Positions 48,090 through 57,121 of a stretch of DNA of 64,000 nt are shown here, one piece after another. A program made the position numbers and the translations under genes. Origin of the DNA: a bacterium (lineage in GTDB: Bacteria; Patescibacteriota; Minisyncoccia; Phycocordibacterales; UBA9973); assembly GCA_037127795.1 (NCBI GenBank), contig JBAXXQ010000001.1, positions 6,842 to 70,841 on the forward strand. Direction: 5' to 3'. The stretch's first letter is position 1; every line of letters starts with the position of its first letter. The notes beneath the pieces are model-generated. The model was not told the origin of the DNA, did no database searches, and saw only the letters and a program-made list of their open reading frames with translations.

Positions 48090-48252
48090 ATCTACATGGT
48101 ATCATCTCTATATTTTGTGTCAACTGCTTCCCACAATTCTTATATTTATATATATAAATAAAAGGTTTTTATGCAAATACTACTTGACATATAATTGACT
48201 TTCTGCTATATTATATTTAAATTAATTCTTTCACAAAATAAAAACAACTAAA

Positions 48253-48672
48253 ATGAAATTTATTATTCAAGTTCTCGCACACACAATAGAGAATATTATC
48301 TTTTTTCTTCCAATTATTTGTATCAGCTTAAAATATGAAGACTTAATCAATGTCTTAATATGTGAGTTAGTATTAATTTACGGACTACCTATAACTGATA
48401 AATTAATCAATTATAAAAGAGATTATCCTGACTATGAAAGGGTTATAGCTAACAATTTAGGTGTAACATTAGCCTTTCTTGGTAATCTTTTTATAGCAAC
48501 TTTATTATGTCTAGGAAAATATAAAATTATAAAAGGATATCAATATTATATTCCTGGTTTTATAGATGATTTTTTCTCCAATAAAGATATTGCATTAAAG
48601 TTGGTGTCTATTGTGCTTGCATGGGTACTTACCTATTTAGCGTACAGAAAAGCAAAAGAAGAAGAATATTAA
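48253..48672 (+). CDS. Orphan multi-TM protein
   Basis: Promoter TTGACA-17-TATATT at 48184; hydrophobic segments. Confidence 0.65.
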   Translation: MKFIIQVLAHTIENIIFFLPIICISLKYEDLINVLICELVLIYGLPITDKLINYKRDYPDYERVIANNLGVTLAFLGNLFIATLLCLGKYKIIKGYQYYIPGFIDDFFSNKDIALKLVSIVLAWVLTYLAYRKAKEEEY

Positions 48673-48675
48673 CCA

Positions 48676-48707
48676 AAAAACCCTGCAAATGCAGGGTTTT
48701 TCTTATT
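48676..48707. repeat. 32-bp direct repeat copy 2 / terminator
   Basis: Identical to 47268-47299. Confidence 0.85.
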
Positions 48708-50217
48708 TTTTGGGTTTTCCGACACCGTGTTTCACATGTAACTGTTTTATTTCTGCGTCATTTACATCTTCTTTTTTCTCTTTCCCTTTCTCGCCGAGGA
48801 TTTTAAGATCCTTATCTTCGAGCTCTTCAAGGTCTTTTACCCTTTCTGAGAGCTGTTCCACAGTGTTTAATGCAGGGTTTTCTAGGACTTCTTCCAAAAG
48901 AACGTGTAAAATCCAGCCCATACGAGGTCCAGCTTTCACGTGTAACACTTCCATAAGATAGATACCGTCTATTGCCAATGCTGAAACAGATATAGGATCG
49001 CGAAGCGCTTCTTCTATCATTGCATGGTATTTGCGAAGTCTATATGGGGCTTCTACCTTTTTCATACCCACCCGATCACATTCGCGGACTTCCATAAGCT
49101 CCCAGATATGCTCCACACCAACCTTTTGAATAATACGGCGGACAGCAGAAAGAGTGATTTGCTCAGTATCTGAGAAAAACATATGATTTCTAACCAGTGA
49201 AACAACCAATTGCTCGGTAACACGATCAACTTTTAATCGATCCAAGATCTTTTTTGCCATACGAGCACCTACTACTTCATGTCCAAAAAACGTATATTTA
49301 TCCTTTTTTGCATCATACCTACGAGTTACAGGCTTGCCTATATCATGAAACAGAGCAGTAAGACGAATTTCACGACCAAACCCTTTATCAGCAGCATGCT
49401 GTAATGCGTGTAACAAATGACTATATACATCGTATATATGAGCACCTTTTTGCTCACAACCTACCCCTTCGAGAAGGTCAGGGATAATATATTTGAGCAA
49501 CCCTGTTCTATATAAGAGATCTACACCAAAAGCGGGAACGGGAGAATCTATTATCTTGAGGAATTCATCTCGAATACGCTCTACAGAAATGTTCGCAATA
49601 CGAGGAGAAAGATCTTCTATAGCAGATAGTGTTTCATGTGAAATAGAAAAACCTAGGGTTGTGGAAAACCTCACCGCGCGCAACATACGTAATGCATCCT
49701 CCATAAAGCGATCTGGCGCATAAAGGACACAACGCAATACTTTGTCGTTTATGTCGTTTTGTCCGTTATATGGGTCTATAAAATGTCGTTTATGTGGATC
49801 ATATGCTATGGCGTTGACTGTAAAGTCCCGACGAGCAAGGTCTTTTTGTATATCTGTTTCATATGTAACAGTATCTGGGTGGCGACTATCCGTATAATCA
49901 GATTCTGAACGATATGTGGTTATTTGGACATGAAACGTTTCATGTGGAACATTTTCTCTATCTGCAGCGTCTTTGGCCATATCAAATACAGTGACCGTAC
50001 CAAAAGTATTTTGGTATACCGTCTTGTATTGATGAAACACCTCTTCGATCTGTTCTGGTAAGGCATTGGTTGTAATATCCCAGTCTTTTGGACTTTTACC
50101 CAAGATACTATCTCGAACACAACCACCAACCAAATACGCCTCAAAACCTGCATCTTGAAGTATTTTAGTTACATGTGAAACAAAAACAGGGATGTTTTCT
50201 ATAGAAATAGATTGCAT
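48703..50217 (-). CDS. cca: CCA tRNA nucleotidyltransferase (class II, with HD domain)
   Basis: YLVGGCVRD..LG..PKDWD, DLARRDFTVNA, EDALRMLRAVRF, ERIRDE, HDIGK. Confidence 0.92.
   Translation of the reverse strand: MQSISIENIPVFVSHVTKILQDAGFEAYLVGGCVRDSILGKSPKDWDITTNALPEQIEEVFHQYKTVYQNTFGTVTVFDMAKDAADRENVPHETFHVQITTYRSESDYTDSRHPDTVTYETDIQKDLARRDFTVNAIAYDPHKRHFIDPYNGQNDINDKVLRCVLYAPDRFMEDALRMLRAVRFSTTLGFSISHETLSAIEDLSPRIANISVERIRDEFLKIIDSPVPAFGVDLLYRTGLLKYIIPDLLEGVGCEQKGAHIYDVYSHLLHALQHAADKGFGREIRLTALFHDIGKPVTRRYDAKKDKYTFFGHEVVGARMAKKILDRLKVDRVTEQLVVSLVRNHMFFSDTEQITLSAVRRIIQKVGVEHIWELMEVRECDRVGMKKVEAPYRLRKYHAMIEEALRDPISVSALAIDGIYLMEVLHVKAGPRMGWILHVLLEEVLENPALNTVEQLSERVKDLEELEDKDLKILGEKGKEKKEDVNDAEIKQLHVKHGVGKPKK
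48728..50182. promoter_or_regulatory. Cluster of six parS-like 16-mers inside cca
   Basis: Sites at 48728, 48932, 49630, 49855, 49936, 50167, each close to TGTTNCACGTGAAACA. Confidence 0.8.
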
Positions 50218-50256
50218 AGATATAATATAAGCCCCTTATATAGTAATTGTATTTTG

Positions 50257-50327
50257 TGCGGCTACAGGGAATCGAACCCTGGTCTCGTCCTTGGCAAGGA
50301 CGCATTCTACCACTAAACCATAACCGC
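50257..50327 (-). tRNA. tRNA-Gly(GCC)
   Basis: Cloverleaf GCGGTTA...TT GCC AA...GGTTCGATTCC...TAGCCGCA; no encoded CCA. Confidence 0.95.
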
Positions 50328-50388
50328 AACAGAAATTAGTATAGATTATTTTTACTTTTTTGTAAATAAATGCTACATTTAGCGTACT

Positions 50389-50460
50389 GCACCTATGGTG
50401 AAATGGATATCACAGCGGTCTTCGGAACCGTTATTCTGGGTTCGAGTCCTGGTAGGTGCA
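50389..50460 (+). tRNA. tRNA-Arg(TCG)
   Basis: GCACCTA...CT TCG GA...GGTTCGAGTCC...TAGGTGCA. Confidence 0.93.
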
Positions 50461-50765
50461 CAGCGTTTAGAAAAACATGCACTGCTGCATGTTTTTTAGC
50501 TGTGCAAGGCGGAGACATGTCCGCAGGGCAGTCGAGCCGGGGTCGCGAACACTTTGCAGATTTCGAGCATTAGCGAAGAAATATGCTTAGTGATTTGTGA
50601 CCACAACAACCATCAGCTCCAGCAGGAGCGAGAGTCGAGTCCTATTTTCACATTATTAAAGACTTTATAACGCGCGTCTTTTACACCTGTCTTTTCTTGT
50701 CTTTTACGATATACTAATTATGTCCTAGAGTTTTCCCCTGTTTTTTACTCAAAAAAGTGCAAAAC

Positions 50766-50795
50766 TGTGGATAACCCTGTGGGTATGTGGGATAA
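50766..50795. promoter_or_regulatory. DnaA-box-like cluster
   Basis: One perfect TGTGGATAA plus two degenerate tandem copies. Confidence 0.4.
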
Positions 50796-50817
50796 ACGAC
50801 GACTTTTAGGGTCTTTT

Positions 50818-51177
50818 ATGAAGCAATTCACCTCAAAAACACAAAAGATTGGCGAATACGGAGAAGAACAAGCGGTGGTGTTTCTCATGAAACAAGGCTT
50901 TAGTATTGTAGATCGCAATGTATCAAACAAGTACGGAGAAATAGATATTATTGGGAAAAAGGGGAAAACATACTACTTTTTTGAAGTAAAAGCAGGGAAG
51001 TATGGTGGTTTTATAAATCCAGCAGAGAATCTTACCCCAGTGAAACTACGAAAATTCCTTATTTCTGTAGAGCATTATTGTTTCATACACAAAATCAAAG
51101 ATTATAGGGTGCAGGGTATTATCGTACTACTACAAGGTGAAAAAGTGTTTTCTGTAGAGTGTATTGATATATATTAA
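50818..51177 (+). CDS. YraN family nuclease
   Basis: G..GE..A..FL...G..I..RN....GEIDII...FFEVK. Confidence 0.9.
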   Translation: MKQFTSKTQKIGEYGEEQAVVFLMKQGFSIVDRNVSNKYGEIDIIGKKGKTYYFFEVKAGKYGGFINPAENLTPVKLRKFLISVEHYCFIHKIKDYRVQGIIVLLQGEKVFSVECIDIY

Positions 51178-51220
51178 CAATTCTGGTACTATGGGCTGTA
51201 CAGCTATTTGAAAATTGAGT

Positions 51221-51293
51221 CGGGATGTAGTGTAACGGCTAACATTCCTGTTTTGGGAACAGGCGACTCCGGGTTCGAATCCCGGCATCCCGA
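51221..51293 (+). tRNA. tRNA-Pro(TGG)
   Basis: CGGGATG...TT TGG GA...GGTTCGAATCC...CATCCCGA. Confidence 0.95.
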
Positions 51294-51340
51294 CTCAGTT
51301 TTTAAATGTAGACTGTATATAGTAAAATAGATTATCCGTC

Positions 51341-51411
51341 GCGGGATTAGTTTATCGGTAAAATAACAGTTTTCCAAACTGTGGTGAAGGGTTCGACTCC
51401 CTTATCCCGCA
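51341..51411 (+). tRNA. tRNA-Gly(TCC)
   Basis: GCGGGAT...TT TCC AA...GGTTCGACTCC...ATCCCGCA. Confidence 0.93.
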
Positions 51412-51475
51412 CAATACAAAAAATACTCAGGTTTTCCTGGGTATTTTTTGTTATTTATTATGATAAACTATATTT

Positions 51476-52105
51476 ATGAAAAAACTTATTTTTATAGACC
51501 TAGACGGGACACTTACAGATGAATCTACTTGGCTTACACTTAATACCGCACTGGGAATTACAAAAGAAGAAGATGAATTGCTTTTTATTCAATATTTACA
51601 AAACGATATTGCATATGACGATTGGATAAAAAAACTTGTAGAAATACATACATCTCGGGGAAGTATTACAAAAACAGAACTAAAACTAATGGTGGAAAAT
51701 ATTCCTCTTAAAGAGGGGGTATTAGAAATGGTTCTAGATTTACACAGTAAAGGGTTTCATACAGTACTTCTTTCAGGATCTGTAGATTTTATCGTGGAAC
51801 AAATAGCTCAAAAAATTGGGATACGTGCATGGATGGCTTGCTCAAAACTTATTTTTAATGAAAATGAAACACTTATAGATATAATATCTGGTGGTGATGA
51901 AATATACAAAAAAGAAACTCTTGCTGAAAAATACATACAAGATAACGATTTTATGAACGCAGAGATATATGCACTAGGGGATGGAGCAAACGATATTGAG
52001 TTATTTAAAAAATATAAAGGAATACTTATTGGTAATAATAAACATCTAGAACCAATAACCTGGAAAAGTATACAAACACTACAGGAAATAAAAGATTTGA
52101 TATAA
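51476..52105 (+). CDS. HAD-IB phosphatase (SerB-like)
   Basis: DLDGTL, LSGS, K, GDGAND. Confidence 0.88.
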   Translation: MKKLIFIDLDGTLTDESTWLTLNTALGITKEEDELLFIQYLQNDIAYDDWIKKLVEIHTSRGSITKTELKLMVENIPLKEGVLEMVLDLHSKGFHTVLLSGSVDFIVEQIAQKIGIRAWMACSKLIFNENETLIDIISGGDEIYKKETLAEKYIQDNDFMNAEIYALGDGANDIELFKKYKGILIGNNKHLEPITWKSIQTLQEIKDLI

Positions 52106-52118
52106 TATACCCACCACT

Positions 52119-52189
52119 GCGAGTATGGTTTAGTGGTAGAATGCGACCTTCCCAAGGTTGAGACCGGGGTTCGATTCCCCGTACTCGCA
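52119..52189 (+). tRNA. tRNA-Gly(CCC)
   Basis: GCGAGTA...TT CCC AA...GGTTCGATTCC...TACTCGCA. Confidence 0.95.
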
Positions 52190-52244
52190 CAAAAAAAGCT
52201 GCCTATGTATAAAACATAGGCAGACAAAGAACTAAAGCAATCCA

Positions 52245-52601
52245 TTAGGATGTTTGTTTTTGCAAGTATTCTTGCAAGGCAGCGTGATTCAATAAAGATT
52301 CCACACCCTCGATACCGTAAGCAGTAGCTACCTGAACCATTTTAGGTGAGGTGCCGTTCATTGCTTTATGAACAGCTCTTTTAACAGCTACCACCCTTTC
52401 GTGTGATAGACCATCGAACACAAGGGTTTTTACCTTTTTTTCCTTTATCTTTTTAGCTATAACATGAGGTTCCTCATGCTGGTGACTAAAACTCAGACTT
52501 GGAGGGTTATCACCCTTTAGGTGTTTTCCCTTAAGATCATTTTCAACACTAGGACCGCCCTTAGTGTCGGCTCCTGTAACAAACATTACTTTATTACTCA
52601 T
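52245..52601 (-). CDS. Orphan protein
   Basis: 118-aa ORF with its own TTGACT promoter near 52647. Confidence 0.6.
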   Translation of the reverse strand: MSNKVMFVTGADTKGGPSVENDLKGKHLKGDNPPSLSFSHQHEEPHVIAKKIKEKKVKTLVFDGLSHERVVAVKRAVHKAMNGTSPKMVQVATAYGIEGVESLLNHAALQEYLQKQTS

Positions 52602-52705
52602 ATAAATTAATTTTCATAAATACTACTCTTTTATTTAAAAAAGTCAATAAAAATACACAAAAGCCCCTTATATAAGGGGCTTTTGTAGAAAAGTGCTAAA
52701 AGAGA

Positions 52706-52978
52706 CTATTTTACAGCGTCTTTAAGTGCTTTTGCTGCACGGAATTTTGGTGCACGACTTGCAGCTACTTTAACTTGTTCACCAGTTTTTGGATTACGAG
52801 CCATACGTGCTGCGCGTGCTTTTACTGAGAAGATACCAAGACCAGCGATAGAAACTTCGCCACCTTTTTTCAAAGTTTTGATGATTTCTTCGATGATACT
52901 TTCTACAACTTCTTCAGCTTGTACTTTTGTACCGCCGATTTTTGCGTGTACGAGTTCAACAATTGCTTGTTTGTTCAT
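52706..52978 (-). CDS. hup: DNA-binding protein HU
   Basis: MNK, V.IAGLGIF, R.AR.ARNPKTGE, PKFRA.KALK. Confidence 0.95.
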   Translation of the reverse strand: MNKQAIVELVHAKIGGTKVQAEEVVESIIEEIIKTLKKGGEVSIAGLGIFSVKARAARMARNPKTGEQVKVAASRAPKFRAAKALKDAVK

Positions 52979-53113
52979 TGTATATGAGGGGAGACCCCTA
53001 AAGAAACTAATAATAAAAATCTCGTCAATGCGTGCCAGGCAAATGCCTTACGCTTTTATCATTATATAACAAGGGTTTTTTTGCACTATATTGACAAAGG
53101 TATTTTTTGTATC

Positions 53114-53320
53114 TTATTGTTTTTCTTCTTCTACTGGTTTTTCTTCCAAAACACCTGATTTGTTCACACTGAGACCTGCTTGTTGGTCTTCAAAAGCACG
53201 TTCCAAAAGATCATTTGTTTGTGCTGTTGCGATATTTGCTTGTATTTGTTCTGGGGTGAGATCGTTACTAAATTCTTCTACTGTTTCTACTACTGGTGGC
53301 ATTTCATTTATATTTGTCAT
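53114..53320 (-). CDS. Small acidic hypothetical protein
   Basis: MTNINEM..., with an extended -10 just upstream. Confidence 0.5.
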   Translation of the reverse strand: MTNINEMPPVVETVEEFSNDLTPEQIQANIATAQTNDLLERAFEDQQAGLSVNKSGVLEEKPVEEEKQ

Positions 53321-53342
53321 ATACAGAAATATAGCACAAATA

Positions 53343-56036
53343 CTATGATTGGTAACGTGCCATGATTTCTCCATCAACTTCTTCACGAGGTCTTCCAAAT
53401 TTGAGATATGAAAGCTCTTTTATTTTTTCTGCGAGATCTACACTACCACGAGGAGGGAAGGGGGTATGTGAGTTGAATGGTTTTGCAGGTACACCAGCGA
53501 CAAGCATCTTGATATAACAATTAAGGTTTTGTAGTTTCACAATATCTTCTGCAGACACTGTAGGGGAGAATTGTTTTGCAAATACTTCTGCATTCTCAGT
53601 GCTTACACGATGTATCACCATAGAGCCTACGTTACCGAATACTGCATTCTTTATACCTTCATCGAGTTGTTCTATGTATTGGTGTGCAACAGTGAGTGAG
53701 AGGCGATATTTACGCGCTTCAGACAAGATGGTGTTGATTGAGTCTGTAGTAATATTTTGGAACTCATCGATATACAAATAAAAATCATTCACCTGACTCT
53801 TGCCAACAATATCTACACGAGACAATGCAGCCATAGTAATTTTTCCTACAAGCAACAACCCAATAAGGTGTGAGTTGATATCTCCGAGACGTCCTTTTGA
53901 AAGATTTACCAAAAGAATTTTTTTGTTGTCCATGATATCGCGGAAATTAAACGCACTTTTTTGTTGTGCAATTACCGGACGCATAATATCGTTTGAAACG
54001 AATACATCGAACTTGTTTGTAATGTAGGGAACAAAGTTTGCAAGTGCACTTTCTCCTGTTGTTTTTTCTGCACCTTCCCAAAATTGTTTGATGATTGGAT
54101 TTTTACATTTAGATAATTTCATTTGGCGAAATTCTTTGCTTTGCAATACGCGCCCAATCTCAAGAAGGGTACACCCACTCTCTGGGTCTTCCATAACAAG
54201 CCCTGCAGCATTTCTAAAATACTGTTCAAACATAGGACCCCCGGCAACCTTCATATCAAAGAGTTTATTGAAAATAGCGAGCAATTCATTGATTACAAAT
54301 ATCTTTTGTTCAGGATATCGTACATCGTATTCGAGCATATTGAGCCCTATAGGACGGTCTGTATATGCAGGATCAAAATAGATAACATCATCAACACGTT
54401 CTGGGGGAATATTTGCCAAGATGTCTTGAATATCATTGCCGTGTGGATCGATGAAACACACCCCATCACCATTTTTGATATCTTGCAAAATCATGTTTTT
54501 CAAAAATACTGTCTTACCAGTACCAGTCTGTCCGACTACGTAGCAATGTCGCACACGATCTTCTTTTGCAAAAAATACATCACTTGTTTTTCCGCGATAG
54601 GTATTTTGACCCAATACGATACCTGATGATTGCATATTGTTTGGTACTGGTGCAGTAGTTGCATTTACTTCTTTGAGTTCGTTTTTTGCACTGAGTCCTA
54701 CAGGGAAGTGAAAGAGTGTTGCGAGCTCATCGATGTTGCAGAGAATAGTGTTTGCATCGTTCCATACACGATATGAGAAGTTGTGTGTGAACTCATGGAT
54801 GTTTGTTGTTTTGATATCGTTCCATGTCACACTGTTACCACCGACAAGCGCAAATTGATTGAATGATGACTTGATTGTTGCAAGAGTATTTTTTGCCTTA
54901 TCAAAACTATGTGATGTCGCAATAATACGAAACTGACATTCGATCATTTGTGATTTTATTTTTTTGCGAGCAAGTTCAATACCTGCAGTATCTATTTTTT
55001 TATCTTCTGTTTTTTCTTCGCCAGCTGGCGAATCAAAAAAAGACATCAAGCCTTTTACTACTCCTTTTGCAACAGATTCATGTGCGAGCTCATATTCTTT
55101 TTTAATAGTATTACCAGTTTTTTCTGCTTGATCGATAATGTGTGAAAACAAGTCGTATTCTGATTTGTCTATTTTTGTAGATACGAGAAATTGTATTGCT
55201 GCACCATCGCCTTTTGCTTGAAGACTTGAGAGAGATGAGACCAATGCTGCGAGCGGGTCATGAGAATATGCATCATCTGTCTGCATAGGGAATATATATG
55301 GTTGTGCCAAGTTGAGCACACTTCCGACAATGGCAGTACCCTCAGGTGAGAAAATATTGTAGTCATCACTTACTTCTTCGACAGTTGCATTGGGATAATA
55401 CGCAACAACGAGTTTTTGAAAAACATCTTCGACACCATTTGGTACTGATGCATAGAGCACTATATCTTTGCCTTCGTGCTCTACAGCGAGCTCAAGGGTA
55501 TAGTAGCGAGGTTTTTTTTCATCTATTGCCATCCCTACATAAAACTGTTTCATGGCTTGGATAAAGGTCTTGAACAACGTCGTACTATCACTGTCTGTAG
55601 TTGGGGGGAGTGTTACAGAAAATAGTGTATGCTCGAGGGTTTCAGCAAGACTACCAGGCTCAGAAAGCCCAGGAATTGCTTTGATAGTACGCAAATATTG
55701 CACCAAAAATCTGTGAAAATCATCATCGAGGTGTGGATCATTCATTTTTGACACAACATCAAGCGCGTTTTTAATGCCTTTTTCTAGAACAATCCCAAAA
55801 AGCATTTCAATACGAGCATCATGAGACTCCGGCGCAAGATTGAGCACAATACGCTCTGTTTCATGCTCTGGAAGTATGTGTGATTCATGGAGAAATTCTT
55901 TTGCTTCTGCGCGTGCATAATCCCGAAGCGCGTTTTCTGCAGATACCCCAGGAGCTTCTTTGTGCTCATTCTGGCGATGCATCATTGAATCTTGTAAATA
56001 ACTAATTTCTTTTGAAAGTGGTGATTGTTCTAACAT
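53343..56036 (-). CDS. VirD4/TraG-like type IV coupling ATPase
   Basis: DR.RHCYVVGQTGTGKT, IDPHG, LYIDEFQN, SEARKY, AHQY..QL, GNVGS. Confidence 0.88.
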   Translation of the reverse strand: MLEQSPLSKEISYLQDSMMHRQNEHKEAPGVSAENALRDYARAEAKEFLHESHILPEHETERIVLNLAPESHDARIEMLFGIVLEKGIKNALDVVSKMNDPHLDDDFHRFLVQYLRTIKAIPGLSEPGSLAETLEHTLFSVTLPPTTDSDSTTLFKTFIQAMKQFYVGMAIDEKKPRYYTLELAVEHEGKDIVLYASVPNGVEDVFQKLVVAYYPNATVEEVSDDYNIFSPEGTAIVGSVLNLAQPYIFPMQTDDAYSHDPLAALVSSLSSLQAKGDGAAIQFLVSTKIDKSEYDLFSHIIDQAEKTGNTIKKEYELAHESVAKGVVKGLMSFFDSPAGEEKTEDKKIDTAGIELARKKIKSQMIECQFRIIATSHSFDKAKNTLATIKSSFNQFALVGGNSVTWNDIKTTNIHEFTHNFSYRVWNDANTILCNIDELATLFHFPVGLSAKNELKEVNATTAPVPNNMQSSGIVLGQNTYRGKTSDVFFAKEDRVRHCYVVGQTGTGKTVFLKNMILQDIKNGDGVCFIDPHGNDIQDILANIPPERVDDVIYFDPAYTDRPIGLNMLEYDVRYPEQKIFVINELLAIFNKLFDMKVAGGPMFEQYFRNAAGLVMEDPESGCTLLEIGRVLQSKEFRQMKLSKCKNPIIKQFWEGAEKTTGESALANFVPYITNKFDVFVSNDIMRPVIAQQKSAFNFRDIMDNKKILLVNLSKGRLGDINSHLIGLLLVGKITMAALSRVDIVGKSQVNDFYLYIDEFQNITTDSINTILSEARKYRLSLTVAHQYIEQLDEGIKNAVFGNVGSMVIHRVSTENAEVFAKQFSPTVSAEDIVKLQNLNCYIKMLVAGVPAKPFNSHTPFPPRGSVDLAEKIKELSYLKFGRPREEVDGEIMARYQS

Positions 56037-56096
56037 GTCTCAAGTATATACCAAAAAGCCCGTAACTAGTACGGGCTTTTTGTGAAAAATACATTA

Positions 56097-56687
56097 TTAT
56101 TTTACTGTACTTGCCTTGGTAATTATCGCATCGATAATACCGTATTCTTTTGCTTCTTTTGAAGTCATAAAGAAATCACGCTCCATATCTTTTTGTACTT
56201 GAGCGAGTTTTTGTCCAGTGTTTTTTGCAAAAATCTCATTAAGGCGTTCTTTGAGTTTGATTACTTGTTTTGCAGTAATTTCAATATCGGTAACCTGCCC
56301 TTCAAAACCTCCGTGTGGTTGATGAATCATAACCTCAGCATTTGGAAGTGCATATCTCTTACCCTTTGCACCACCTGCGAGCAAGTGTGACCCCATAGAA
56401 GCGGCCATACCTACACAAATAGTAGATACATCTGGTTTTACAAAATTCATAGTATCAAGAATAGCAAGACCAGCTGTTACAGATCCACCAGGAGAGTTTA
56501 TATACAAACTAATATCCTTTTTAGGATCTTCGTTGGCAAGAAACAAAAGCTGGGCAATAACCAGATTTGCTACTTGGTCATCAATTGGACCACCGAGGAA
56601 AATAATGCGTTCTTTTAAGAGGCGAGAGTATATATCATATGCTCGTTCGCCCATATTTGTTTTTTCTATAACTGTTGGTATTAACAT
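56097..56687 (-). CDS. clpP: Clp protease proteolytic subunit
   Basis: [28 protein letters not shown]. Confidence 0.98.
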   Translation of the reverse strand: MLIPTVIEKTNMGERAYDIYSRLLKERIIFLGGPIDDQVANLVIAQLLFLANEDPKKDISLYINSPGGSVTAGLAILDTMNFVKPDVSTICVGMAASMGSHLLAGGAKGKRYALPNAEVMIHQPHGGFEGQVTDIEITAKQVIKLKERLNEIFAKNTGQKLAQVQKDMERDFFMTSKEAKEYGIIDAIITKASTVK

Positions 56688-56755
56688 ATGGTTTTACTAT
56701 ACGATTAATTGACTTTTTTTGCAAAAAGCATAGAATTTGTAAAAATATATTTGCC

Positions 56756-57070
56756 ATGGTACAGACAATACGCATTATCAGACTACGTCCTGAATGTTCT
56801 TTACTAAAGAATATTTTCTCGTTTAATTTTGCCTTGTACAACCAAGAGCAAAGATTTAACAACATTATTTTACTTGCATATGATAGACTCACAAAATACT
56901 CTGTCAATTATGCTGTAAAGAGAGAAGCATTCTTTAAAAAATTACTAAAACTTGATTTTATTTCAAAAGAAGAAAGAGATAAAATACTTGTACTTAAAAA
57001 TAGTACAAGTGAACATGACTACGACTTTGTTGAAGTAGAAGAGTGCGAGGAAATCCCTCGCCAAGTTTAA
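56756..57070 (+). CDS. Orphan protein inserted antisense between tig and clpP
   Basis: Promoter TTGACT..TAGAAT at ~56709; hairpin terminator at ~57075-57110. Confidence 0.55.
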   Translation: MVQTIRIIRLRPECSLLKNIFSFNFALYNQEQRFNNIILLAYDRLTKYSVNYAVKREAFFKKLLKLDFISKEERDKILVLKNSTSEHDYDFVEVEECEEIPRQV

Positions 57071-57121
57071 AACAAAAAGCCCCCCGATGTATAACACGGA
57101 GGGCTTTTTTATTTTCTTTTT

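Noticed and set aside
50650-50800. oriC
   Set aside because: Only one perfect DnaA box, no dnaA/dnaN nearby, and no evident switch in gene orientation or skew here
51341-51411. UGA-recoding tRNA (genetic code 25)
   Set aside because: The anticodon is TCC, not TCA, and genes translate fully with TGA as stop (e.g. rnhA)
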